From assembly GCF_009914755.1 (NCBI RefSeq), contig NC_060933.1: a DNA stretch of 64,000 nt, one strand, 5' to 3'. Every line of letters starts with the position of its first letter. Within the stretch, counting starts at the first letter, position 1. Under the pieces are notes generated by a model that made no database searches, was not told where the DNA came from, and saw only the letters and a list, made by a program, of their open reading frames with translations. A program made the position numbers and the translations under genes. This DNA comes from the human T2T-CHM13v2.0 reference genome, Homo sapiens. Below, one piece after another: positions 42,808 through 55,158 of this stretch.

Positions 42808-42894
42808 TTCAGTAATCTCCACCATAAAGAACTTGGATTTAGAACACTTGGATTCAGTAATCTCCATCATAAAGAACTTGGATTTAGAACACTT
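42808..42894. repeat. 42-bp tandem duplication (period 45)
   Basis: 42808-42849 versus 42853-42894, one mismatch, GGA spacer. Confidence 0.93.
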
Positions 42895-45800
42895 TTTTTC
42901 CACATGTATTTAAGCAATATTTCTCAAAGTATATTCCTGAGAAAAGTATTTCAGTTATTCTATGAGTAAAAAGTTTCTTGGTCATGCAATTTTGGAAATT
43001 ACTGCTTACTATTAACACCTCCTGGATATTTGCTTTGTGCATTAATTTATTAATGAGAAATCATATAGGAAAATATGCTAAAATTTTAGGAAGCACATGT
43101 TTTTCCCAAACACCAATAAACACTAAATATCACCAATTTTATTCAAATGATACCTATCAACACCTTACAGAAAAAGGGTTATGTGTACCAAAGGTCCTGA
43201 TTTGACCTATTGTGTTGACTACATGATATCTGTTTCAAAAATATAAACAAAATTACCATGAGTATTACTAAACATTTTAGTAATCTGTGCCCTTGCAATT
43301 CAGCAAGCCATTTCAACTACCTGGAATTTTCTTTCTCCTTTTTATGGATAACTCCTACTGGTCCTTTAGATATGAGATTAGAGGTTATTTTCCAAAGAAA
43401 GCTTTTCTTCACTCCCCAAAGATTCAGTTAGTTGTTCTTCCAGTGATTTTTATAGCTCTCTGTTCTTGGTGGTAATATATCACTGAAACACTCTACTGTA
43501 ATTACCTTGGTTTTTGTTCTTTATTTAGTGTTCAACCATATGCTTGCTGAAGTTTAGGATGTTATTCGTCATTGATTTTTAAGACACAACAGATATTTAA
43601 TCAATTCTTATTAAATGAATAGATGAGAAAATTTGACATTGGGTAGAAATCCTTTAAAATATTTTGCATGGAAATCACTTTTTGCTTTCAAAGTAATGTA
43701 ATTAAAGACTTTTAGTTCCCACAGTTTGCAACAATAATCTTAGGAACTTAACTATTTGTTTTGTGAATATCTAGCACTAAACAATGAGCTAGAAATTTGA
43801 TAAAACAGTTCAAATAATTTTTAAATCTCTTTGACTCAACTAGTCATGACTGAATTCATTTATACCATTAGGATATTAACACGTCTTTTAAAAAACAGTG
43901 TTAAATGGAGCTGGTCAAGCTATGCATTTTAAGAAGAAAAAGTACTCTCTTTTTAATAGGCTCTGCATAAGTAAGGCTATCCTCTTTTTCATAGTTTTTC
44001 AGAAACAATAACTTTGTCATTTTCTATACTTATTGATAATTTCCCCAACATATTAACAATTAAGAAATAAAGTTATGGCAGCCTAATTAGTCGAGTCAAT
44101 ACAGGAAGTAAATTGTTAAGACAGTGGGCATACCATCTTAGTTAGTAAGATATGGACATTCAACCACTCTCTTTCCCTACCCTAAGACACACACACTGTC
44201 AGAGAAAATGTTATGATGTGACTGAGAACTTTATGCTCAAAGCTTTCCAAAATTTCATATATAAATATTGTACTTTTATCAATATAAGATTTCACACTGT
44301 AAGAAAACATTGGCATAGGAATCATTCTCTTTTACAGTTTGAAAATGAATTTTAATGACACTCATATCTGATAAATAATATAATGTCATGGAGTAAAAGT
44401 TATTTTCTTGATATAAATATTTTATCATTTGAGTATATTCTCCCTGAAATCTAGGTGTCAGTTTAACAAAATGCATTTCTCACTTCACTGAATATGACTC
44501 CAGGATAAATAAAAAAGAACATTCATATTCAAAAAAAGTAATTTATTTACCTAGTTTATCCCAAGATTTATACTGTCAATGCCTTCATTACAAATTAAGG
44601 GCTAAAATATATAGTAAGTTCCTGAAGCTCTACCAAATGTTATCTATACTAAGTAGAACTAAATTAAATCATTGTGTTAACTTTTTATTCCTATTAAAGG
44701 ATTTAGTCTTCTTCTAGTTTAGCTATAATAACAAAAGCAAATGTACATCCCTGGTTTCTTGCCAATTATAGCTTGGTCACACCTGCCTAAGTAGTGTTTT
44801 ATAATAAATACATGGTAAGTAAATTAGTATCCAACCCTCAGGCCTACATGGAATAAATTTGGTGGGGTACTTCTCCCTTGGGAAAAAAAATGTTGTTAGC
44901 ATTTTTTGTTTGCTAGTATCCTTTAGACCTACTACCTATAAAAACCCCTCTAAATGAAGACTCTGGCAGCATTTCAATAAGCTAACTTCCATAGGTTTCT
45001 TCAGTTCATGGGGGTATTTTCCTCCTTTAATTTGCCAGCAGAGATCTGACATGAAAAAGTTCAGGTGCTGTTTTATAATATAAGAAAACATATACATGAG
45101 ACTCCTTGTTCCTTGTCATAATCACATGTACAGTGCTTTAATTTCAACAAATCATATAGAAAAAAGAAGGTTGGTTTAAGTCATCATCACAAATAAAAAA
45201 GCCCATAAACCTACACCTATATTGTGGTCTTGTAATTCACCACTTGTAAGCTTGTAAAACCTAAAACTTAATATGCCTACAAATTTTGAATTTTTTAGAA
45301 TATACTCAATTTGCTTCTACTTCTTCCATTGGGGTTCATGGCTATCTTACATTGTAAGACAGTTAGTAGACCCAGCAGAAATGACTTCAAAATATTTCTG
45401 GTTTCTGTGAAAGTTTGAAAATCTGTTGACTCCCTGGTTGTTCTGTTTGGAAGCCTTTTACGCGTTGCTTTCCCTTTCTTATTTCTCCTTACACACATAC
45501 AAGCTCTTTTCTTGCCTATTGTGTGTACTTGGCTGATCTTCTGGGCACAGTGCCCAGTTGGTTTAATGTGTGCTTATTATTGTCTATAGCATTCCTGATT
45601 CTGTTTTGGAGATAGGTATTCTATGAATTATTAATGATTATTATCATCCTTTAGAATCAACTTTGCTTTTGGAATTTAGAAACAAAAGATGAACATTGAG
45701 CCCTATGGGTAATCACCAGCAATATCAAGGCCATGTCCAATGCTTGACTGTAAGGGAAAGGAATAGTGAATATACTGAAGTGAACAAAACAGGATTACTC

Positions 45801-46312
45801 CTATAAACAGATAAAATTAACAGAAGAAAACTTAAAGTTCAAAATGTATTACTTGAAAAAATGCTCGTAATATTATTTTACCATACCCATTTTACCATTT
45901 AAATATTACCAGTAGTTTTTTTCCTCAATATCCATTGATAAGCTTATTCTTTAAAAACAGAAGTGGGGAAAGTGCTAGCTTTTTTGCTTCTTATTCACAG
46001 GAACTTGTGCACCTGATGTAGTATAGCACATTCTCAAACATCTAATAGGTCACTTCTGAATTTTTCTCTGAATTTTGAATAAGATAAAAGTAATTTGAAT
46101 TTAGCTATCATTTCAAAGAAGAAAAAAGTTGCATTTGCAAATTATTTACACAAGCACAAATTTTTAGAGAAAGAAATACTAGAGAAAGAAAAACATAGAG
46201 GAAAATAGGTGGTGAAAAAATTCTTTGGAAGTGCAAAAGAAAGAAAACGTTTATTGGCAATGACACATGATTATTAATCCCCATGTCTAAGTAAATTTGG
46301 GGTCTTTACCCT

Positions 46313-46721
46313 TGCTATAGTTTGGACATGGGTTATTCTCTCCAAAATTCATGTCGAAATTTAATTTCCCATGTAAGGTGTTAGGAGATCGTGCTTTGAA
46401 GAGGTGATTAGGTCATTAAGACAAATTAATAACTTTCTGGTGAAACTGGGTTATTTTTCATGATAATGGATTAGTTCTCATAAGAGCCGGTCATTCTAAA
46501 GAAAGTTGCCTCTTTTATAAAGCAATGATTTGCCTGATTTCCATTTTGTTTCTCTGCCTTGCTGTGACATAGCATGTGGCTCTCATCAGAAGCTCAACAG
46601 ATGCCAATGCCATAGTCTTGGACTTTCCAGCCACCAGAACCATAAGCTAAATAAACCTTTTTTTCTTTATAAATTACCCAGTCTCAGGTGTTGTTACAGC
46701 AACACAACACAGACCAAGACA
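46313..46721 (+). mobile_element. MSTB-type MaLR solo LTR
   Basis: TGCTATAGTTTGG start; AATAAACC..AAATTACCCAGTCTCAGG..AAGACA end; TSD ACCCT/ACACT. Confidence 0.85.
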
Positions 46722-47911
46722 ACACTACACCTGTAATACGTAATATTTTGAAATTAGATTTTAGCTTAGGAACAATACATACCCAATAAAGTGGAACTCA
46801 GAAGACATCACTTAAGAATTGTTAAATAAGTGCCATCTTTTTGTTTTTATACTGAAAAACAAATGTATCGATTCTCAATTATTTTCTCCCTAATGTAACA
46901 ATAATAACATAATATTGTATTTTCCAAAACCATTCCTCCTTTCTCTCAATTGTATGTATTTTTCCTTTTTTCTTTCTCCTTTTTCTTTTTGGAGTATGAT
47001 AAATATTTTTAAATCTATCCTCCTGAAATTGCATCTAGGATTTGGATATATTTTGCTATAAATCTTTGCTTCCTTGGAATAAAAATATTCTCTACATTTT
47101 TATTATTCTAATGTTGATTCAGCTTTGGAGTTAATTTATATGCAAAGCAAATAATTTACCCAAACTTGTAAAGGATATGCATTATCAGAACACAACACCT
47201 GCAGGATTTCACATCACGACTATCTGTTCCATTACTTCCTCCATGTTAATGAATTCAAGTCTTGATTTTCTCCAAAGAAAATGGGGCAATGAAAATTGCA
47301 TTTCCTAAAATTCTCCTTGAATTATGTTTTAACATTTCAAGTGTGTTAATGTAATGCTTTAGAAGCTAAAGGGAATGATTATATAGGAAGCTAAAGTCAT
47401 CTATGTCTATCCTCGGGATTGATTAAGTTTGCTATTTATACATGTTTCCCCCACAACATTGCTGTGTTGGAATTTATCAGGATAGGAACCATCTAAATTG
47501 AAAATGCCCCTTCGTATATTTTTATCACAGTGAAAGTCAAAGCCTAGAATAACAGAAAGGCACAAAATTAATATCATCAGGAAACAATTTACTCAGCTAA
47601 TTAGCATAACATTCTCATATAAAAAGACAGATGGATTAAGGGATCAGGTCATTCATAGCCTGCAGCAAACTGCTTCAGTCTTTAATCCCCTGCTGTTACC
47701 TATCAAATGGTACTCTTTTTATGGATTTGGACAGATCCCTGGGAAGATTTAGATTCTCCCATTGGACTGATTCACCTTGTTCCTTTAACTTTTTATTGAT
47801 GATATATTTCATTATTTCCTGACTAAAACAACAGTAAGAACTCTAAATTAGTTAGCAGCTAAAGAATTGAACTAAAGGCGTATCTCCACATTTCTCATAT
47901 AGTAGCTTCTA

Positions 47912-47912
<1 letters not shown>

Positions 47913-47943
<31 letters not shown>
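47913..47943. repeat. (CA)n microsatellite
   Basis: About 15 perfect units. Confidence 0.95.
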
Positions 47944-47945
<2 letters not shown>

Positions 47946-48330
47946 TGCCCTGCAGTGCTAACAAATAGGCTCCGGCTTGAAGACAACCATAGAAGAGTTA
48001 TATATATATATATCCTACTTCAATAAAAATTGGGATTTCATGCTACATACGCAACATTCAAGACAATTAGGAATAGCACAGTAACAGCCAGTAGTAACTA
48101 TGAAAAATATCAAATTCTTTACATGGAAGTAGTCAATCAGCATAGATTATAGATTTCCATGAGTCCTTTAAAAATGTTTCCAAAAATAATGTCTAAGAAA
48201 ACTATTAGTGAAGATGTTTGATCTATTGTATAGAAACCAAAACCAACAAATGAAAGAAAAGGCCTCTGGGAAAAAAAAATTATTTTAAAGTTTTAGGCTA
48301 CAGGGAGATAATTTATTTCCCTTTGACTAT

Positions 48331-48794
48331 TGTATTAGCTTTCTAGGGCTGCCATAATAAAGTATCACAATATAGGTGGCTTAAAAAAAAAAAACAAACA
48401 TTTGTTGTCTCACAGCTCTGTAAGCTAGAAGCCTGAAATCAAGGTGTTGGCAAGATTGTTTCCTTCTGAAAAGTTCTGACTTAAAGTCCGTTCCACATGT
48501 GTCTTCTAGTTTCTGGTGGTTGCCAGCAATTTTTGGTGTTCCTTGACTTGTGCATGCATCACCCCACTGTCTGCCTCTGTCATTACATGGCCTTCTTCCT
48601 TATATTTCTTTATGTCTCTCTGTGTCCATATTTTCTTTCTTTATAAAGAAACCAGTCATTGAATTAGGGCCCATCCCATTTCAATATGACCCTGTTTCAA
48701 AATAACATCTGCAATAACCTATTTCCAAATAAGGTCACATTCACAAGTATTGGGATTAGTATTTCATTTTGGAGACTCGATTCAACACACAATG
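48331..48794 (-). mobile_element. MLT1C-type MaLR solo LTR
   Basis: TGTATTAG..TTCTGGTGGTTGCCAGCAAT..CCAAATAAGGTCACATTC; TSD ACTAT on both sides. Confidence 0.85.
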
Positions 48795-49293
48795 ACTATA
48801 AACAATCAGAATGTTAGTTTATTAATTTATAACAAGAACTATGTTATATAAAATAAAATTCTTACTTCAGCATAAACAGTACATACTTTCCACCCAAACG
48901 CACATCTGTATGGGAAAACAAAATGTAGTCACATGTTAGCTGGGTATGTATTAGATCAGAAAAATAAAGTTCAATGATTAGAATATTTAACACCATCAAG
49001 CTAATATAAATGTGCACATGCATTTATTTTTATTGTAGGAAGGCTTACCAACTTAACTGGCAATTTCACTTGCCCAGACTTCCTGCCTCAGGAATTGGAC
49101 TTCCACTTAGGTGGAAAAGAGATTTATGCCTTAAAGATTCATCTGTAGCTCAGTTTCCATAGGCAACTAATTCTCCTTTCATTGACAGACTCTTTCTATA
49201 ACTATGTTAATAAATTCAGTTCCAACATAGTAAAATCCTCTGACTTTACCCCCCTTAGGTTAGTTTACAGTGCTTCAGAAGGCATTCTTTCTT

Positions 49294-49337
49294 CTCTTAG
49301 TTTTATATATTTATAAAGGGTTATATAAAACTAAGAG
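49294..49337. repeat. Perfect 16-bp inverted repeat, 12-nt loop
   Basis: CTCTTAGTTTTATATA (49294-49309) and TATATAAAACTAAGAG (49322-49337). Confidence 0.9.
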
Positions 49338-49385
49338 GGTTGTATTTTTGTAGCCATCTTTCTGATTATCCCCATGTACTGAGAA

Positions 49386-49422
49386 TATGTGTGTGTGTGT
49401 GTATTGATACATTTTATTTAGA

Positions 49423-49457
<35 letters not shown>

Positions 49458-49622
49458 GCAAGACTATATGTATATAGTCTTGTCCTATTTGGAGGCCCAT
49501 TAAAGTATTTTTTCTTCCCATTCTTTTACTTCAACTATGATATACAATTAATTCTGTTATACACACACACATACACATACATATACACATACATATATAT
49601 GTACGTGTGTGTATACATATGT
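49386..49622. repeat. Cluster of (TG)n, (TA)n and (CATA)n simple repeats
   Basis: Alternating purine-pyrimidine runs at ~49386-49402, 49423-49457 and 49559-49622. Confidence 0.85.
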
Positions 49623-51745
49623 TTTAATAATCAAAGTTACAATTTATTTTGAACATATTATTTGCCAGAATTTATATGGCATACTTTGAATTCACTAACC
49701 TATTTAATCTTTAATATCTAAATGGGATAATTATTATTATTTATTTTTCAAAGATGGAGTAACAAAGGCTTCTGTTACCCCTCAATGTTGCCCATTCTCT
49801 ACAGACTGTATAATAGAAGTTAAAATTATTTTTGCCCAACATCAAATATCTTGCATCATACTGCATTCCTTTCAGCAACCTGCATTTTTCAGCATCCTGC
49901 AATTTCCCTATAACCTGGAAGTTTTGAACCTCCATGTCTTCGTGTGTAATATTTTCTGCATGAAAAATGTGTCATTTCAACTTATCTAACTCTTGCTTAC
50001 TATCTAAGGTAAGGTAGAAGTGCCAACTTTTTCAAGGTTTTAGATAAAAGGTGAAAATAATAGTCTCTTGGTCCACACTCACATAGCCCTTTGTTTATAT
50101 TAAACACTATATTATATTATGCTATATTAATAGTCAGCTGTTTATTCATCTCCTTCAGCAGACTCTAAAGGCCATTAGGGACTTGCTAATTCATTTACTA
50201 ATTAATTAAAGAAATTTGAGGAGAATATCAAGAATAACCCTCTACTTGTTCCCGGCCACCATTCATCACTCACTTTCTTAATTGTTCATTCACAGTGTAC
50301 ATATACGGTGATGTCAGAAACGTTACACCATACTTCCATGAGAAACAACTTTATTAACTGGAGCACTGTGCTTGTATACACTTCCTTTCACCTTTAATTT
50401 TACAGTCTCCTCTCATTTCTGAAATTACTTATTTCAACGCATTTTTTCCCACCCATCTCAGTGAGGTTGTTTCATATATTTTCAATACAGTTATAATATT
50501 TTGTCACACTCTGCATTCCATCTTGCAATCCCTCTACTTCCTAAAGGATAGTTTTTTTTAAAGTTATATAAATTAATGTTTCCTCCTCAAGCTCAAAAAC
50601 TCTTATGGATTTTGAGAAATGCATAATGTTATGTCCACCATTACAATATCATATAAAATAGTTTCAGTACAGTAAAAAATTTGTTTTCATGTTTCACATA
50701 TTTAACCCTACTTCCTCTCCCCTCACCTCTGGAAGCACTAATCTTTTATACTATATTGTTTTGCCTTTTTTACCATGTCATATATTTAGCAATATATAAT
50801 ACGAGGCATTTGCTGACCAATTTCTTTCACAGAGCAATAAATATTGAATATTCATGTATTTATTCCTGTAGATTTATATTTATTTCTTTTTTCTGGATGT
50901 ACCAGTATATCAATTCACTTACTTAAGGTTTAAGGCCATGTAGGTTGCTGTCCATTTTTGATAATTATAAAAAAGAACTCTGATAAACACTCACATTTTT
51001 ATGTGATATAAATTGTCACATCATTGGGATAAATACCTAGAAGAATGATAGCTGAAGTACGTGGTGAGACGATATTTAGATTTGTAAGAAACTGCCAATC
51101 TGTCTTCCAGCGTGCAGTACCATTTTTAAAATTCCCTTCAGCAAACAGCTACTATTGCTCTACATTTTCACCAGAATTTGTAATACTTCGGTTCATGGAT
51201 TTAAGCCATTTTAACTAATGTGTGGTAGTATCACAATTGTTTTAATTTGTGTTTCTCTAAAGAAAAAAAAATACTGAGCATATTTTTATATGCCAGTTGC
51301 CATGGGTATTTCGGGGGCAGGGGTGAGGTGTCTTTTCAGATTCTATGCACATTTGTAATTGGTTTGTTTGCTTTCTTATTATTCAGTTTTCAGAGTTATT
51401 TGTATGTTTAGATACCAATACTTTATTAGATATATGGTTTACAGATATTTTCTTCTAGTTTGTGGCTTGTCTTTTAACTCTCTGGAGTCTTTCACAGAGC
51501 AGAAAATTCCATTTTAAATTTAACAAACTCTAACATCATTTTTTCTTTTGTAGCTAGAACTTTTCGTATTAATATTATATCTAAAAATCCATTATCAAAC
51601 CTAATGTCACTCATTACATGTAAAGCATGCTTTCTTTTTCAACTATTCTAGTGGTTCCCCAGAGTATCCAATACACATTTGTTACTAATCTAAGATCACC
51701 TTCAAATAGCACTCCACCAGTTCACATATAGTGCAGGTACCTTAA

Positions 51746-52985
51746 TAAGAAGTTACAGCGTGCTGGCAGCCCTTGCTCGCTCTCCGTGTCTCCTCGGCCT
51801 GGACGTCCACTCTGGCCGCGCTTGAGGAGCCCTTCGCCCCACCGCTGCACTGTGGGAGCCCGTCTGTGGGCTGGCCAAGGCCGGAGCATGCTCCCTCTGC
51901 TTGCGGGGAGGTGTGGAGGGAGAGGCACAGGCGGGAACTGAGGCTGCGCGCGGCACACGCGGGGGCGGCCCTGCACTCAGAGCGGTCAGGCTGGTGCCAC
52001 AGGCCCTGGGCAGTGAGGGGCTTAGCACCCAGGGCCAGCCGCTGCGGAGTATGCGCTGAGTTCCGCATCACTGCCAGCCCGCCCGCTCTAGGCTCGAATT
52101 CTTGCCAGGCCTCAGCCGCCTCGCTGTGGGGCAGGGCCCGGGACCTGCAGCCCGCCATGCCCGAGCCTTTCCCCGCCCGCGCCTTCCCCCGTGGGCTCCC
52201 AGCGGCCAGCGGGAGTCTCCCCAACGGCACTGCCCCCTGCTTCGTGGCGCCTGGTCCCATCAACCACCCAAGGGCTGACTAGTGCAGGCACCTGGCGTGG
52301 GACTGGCGGGCAGCTCCCCCAGCGGCCCCAGCGCGGGATCTGCTAGGCAAGCCAGCTGGGCTCCCCAGTGAGGTGGGGTCTTGGAGAACTTTTGTGTCTA
52401 GCTGGAGGATTGTATATGCGCCAATCAGCACTCTGTGTCTAGCTCAAGGTTTGTAAACGCACCAATCAGCACCCTGTCAAAACAGGCCAATCAGCTCTCT
52501 GCAAAATGGACCAATCAGCAGGATGTGGGTGGGGTCAGGTGAGGGAATAAAAGCAGGCTGCCACAAGGGACAGTGATAACCGGCTTGGGTCCGTTTCCGT
52601 GGTGTGGAGGGTTTGTGTTTTTGCTGTTTGCAGTAAATCTTGCTGCACACTCTTTGGGTCCACACTGCCTTTATGAGCTGTGACAACCACCGGGAAGGTC
52701 TGCAGCTTCACTCCTGAGGCCGGTGAGACCAGGAACCCACTGAGAGGAATGAATAACTCCAGACGTGCTGCCTTAAGAGCTGTAACACTCACCGCGAAGG
52801 TCTGCAGCTTCACTCCTGAAGCCAGCAAGACCACAAACCCACCAGAAGGAAGAAACTCCGAACACGTCTGAACGTCAGAACAAATTCCGGACACACCATC
52901 TTTAAGAACTGTAACACTCACCACTAGGGTCTGCAGCTTCATTCTTGAAGTCAGTGAGACCAAGAACCCACCAATTCTGGACACG
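51746..52985 (+). mobile_element. LTR12 (ERV9) solo LTR, LTR12D-like
   Basis: Start ACAGCGTGCTGGCAGCCC, GC/CpG-rich U3, CCAATCAGC repeats, U5 repeats GGTCTGCAGCTTCA, end CCAATTCTGGACAC; 4-bp TSD TTAA. Confidence 0.95.
52395..52580 (+). promoter_or_regulatory. ERV9/LTR12 U3 enhancer-promoter
   Basis: CCAAT boxes at 52421, 52462, 52487 and 52511; GT-box GGGTGGGG; TATA-like AATAAAA at 52546. Confidence 0.7.
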
Positions 52986-54189
52986 TTAATAGAATAGTCC
53001 CAGTTCATCCTTCATATCTTTTGTAACATAACCATCAGGCATTTCACTTACCCACATCCTGTAATTGCCCAAAACATTTACTAATATTACTTTAAACAAA
53101 CATGTAGTATAAAAGATTTACAATAAGAAAAATAAAAAATTTTTTTTCCTTTTTCAACATACTTGCTTTCTTATTGTAAATACAGGTTTCTGATCTATAT
53201 CACTCTTCTCCTCCATGAATAACCTCTTTTAACACATTTGCAGGAAAGTTTTCTGGCAATATATTCCGTTAGTGTTTTATTGTCTGGTAAATTCTGATTT
53301 CCCCTCTGCTTTTGAAGTATAATTTTGCTAGATGTAGAATTCTAAGTTGGTGCATTTATTCCTAAACATTTCCCGCAACTCTCTTCTTTCTTGCCTGGTT
53401 TCTTACTGGAAGTGGGCTGAAATCCTTGCTCTTTTTTCTCTACAAGGAATGTAGTTTTCATTCCAGATTCTGTCAAGATTTTCTCTTTGTCTATTTATTG
53501 ATTTATTTTATTTTATTTTATTCTACATATAGGAAATGCTATGTCTGGTGCTGTATTTTTGTTGTTTGTCATGAATTGTATTCTCTGAGCTTCCTGGACC
53601 GGTTGTTTGTTTCATGTCATTATGTTTTAAAATTTCTTGACCATTACTCATTTAGATAGATTCTCCTCATTTCTCTCTTTCTTGTCTTTCTGCTATTCCA
53701 GTTTCCCATTTTGTACAACTTTAGAAACTGCCCAGCGGGTCTTTGATGTCCTTCACTTTTTTTTTCCGTTTATTTTTTCTTGGCACTTTGTTTTAAAATG
53801 TATTTTTGACCTATCTTTAGTTTCACCAATTCTTTCCCCAAACATGTCTGGTCTACTAATGAAACCATTGAAAGCATTTTAAAAAAATCTATTGGCGTTA
53901 TTTTAATTTCTAGCCTTTTATTTTGGTTCTTTGTTAGAATTTTCATCTCTCTGCTTATACTAATCATCTTTTATTGAATATTTTCTACATTTTCCACTAG
54001 TGTCCTTAACATCTTAATCATAGTTATGTAAATTTCTTGATTGCTATTTCCAAAATATGCATCATCATCACTGAGTCTTGTTCTGATGATCATCCTGTCT
54101 CTTCAGATTGTTAATTTTTTTCTTGCCTTTTACCATGTTTTGTAATTTTGTTGCCATTGTTGAGAGCCAGACATGTGGTATCCATAATA

Positions 54190-54235
54190 GATATTGAGAT
54201 AAATTGATGCTGAGATAAATTGATACTGAGATAAA
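54190..54235. repeat. 16-bp tandem repeat, ~3 copies
   Basis: GATA(C/T)TGAGATAAATT-like units. Confidence 0.85.
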
Positions 54236-54571
54236 GTTAATTGAGGATATATGTTAATCTGTCTTGGAGTTGAACTGCATTTAATATTTGTTATAGCTCA
54301 AGTTTCTGAAGGTTTCAAATTCCTCTAGTGTCCTTGTTTTTGTCTCCTCCCTTAACTTTAGGTTTCCTTAAGTACTCATCTTCAAACAGTGTCTGTTTCT
54401 TATAGCTCTTTTGTCTGTCTCCTTATATTGGAGTCATGTTGGTTTAAATTTTATGGTATGAGCAGAGAAATATGTTCTACAGTGCTCTGATTGAATATCC
54501 GCCTTTCAGTGGGCCTATGTCTTAGGTTATGACTTTTACGAGTGTTTTGCCAGTAGTTTATCTTTTGTCCC

Positions 54572-55158
54572 TATTACAGGACTGCCAGATTCATATGCCC
54601 ACTGAGCAGCAATAGACCAATACACTGAGACATCATAATTTGCAGCAGAAAAAGAGTTTAATAATCACAATGCCATTGGGCAAAGAGATGAAGGAATCCT
54701 CAAGCTTCACATCTGTCTGCTTGAGGGGTTCTGGGCCAGGGTTTTTAAGGGGATTGTGGCGGGTGAGGTTCTGGAGAATTGGGGTTGTCAATTGCTCAGG
54801 TCAAGGAAGATTAAATCATCATGATGTGAAAACTGCATTCTTCTGTGAGTCGGCTCCTTGCTGGGACCTTCAGATCAACTGGCATCAACAATTTTATCAG
54901 TATGCGTAACATAAAGGAGAAACTCAAACAGAAAGCATATCATCTCATGTGCCTTAGATCTTATCTATAGAAAAGAAAAGGAACACATTCTTGTGACAAG
55001 GGCTACACTATCTTGGGGGAGTAAGAAGTAACTAGCTACAAGGAAGTAGGCCAAATTGGGAAGTGGATTTCATGATTGCCACTGATTATTCTGCAAGCCT
55101 AGTTGAATTTTATTTTCTCCCTTAATTGGTTTATAAACTTTTCTTTGGGACAGTTTCA
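54572..55158 (-). mobile_element. MER4-group ERV1 solo LTR
   Basis: T(A)TTACAGGAC..TTGCAGCAGAAAAAGAGTTTAAT..GGGTTTTTAAGG..CAGTTTCA; TSD TCCC/TCCT. Confidence 0.75.

Larger units (their letters stand above)
50245..54540 (-). mobile_element. Old L1MC/MD-type relics (3' end, then ORF1/5' region) interrupted by LTR12
   Basis: Antisense L1 motifs (AAGAAACTGCCAA, GTGGTAGTATCAC..GTTTTAATTTG); ORF 53770-53967 is ORF1-like. Confidence 0.7.

Noticed and set aside
45690-46130. Unique stretch that seemed familiar, possibly an L1 transduction source flank
   Set aside because: Unverified impression only; no TSD, poly-A or adjacent L1 in the sequence. A BLAT for poly-A-tailed copies elsewhere would settle it.
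51722-53008. Overlapping 63-173 aa ORFs and a CpG-island-like region
   Set aside because: Almost entirely within GC-rich LTR12; not a host gene or its promoter.
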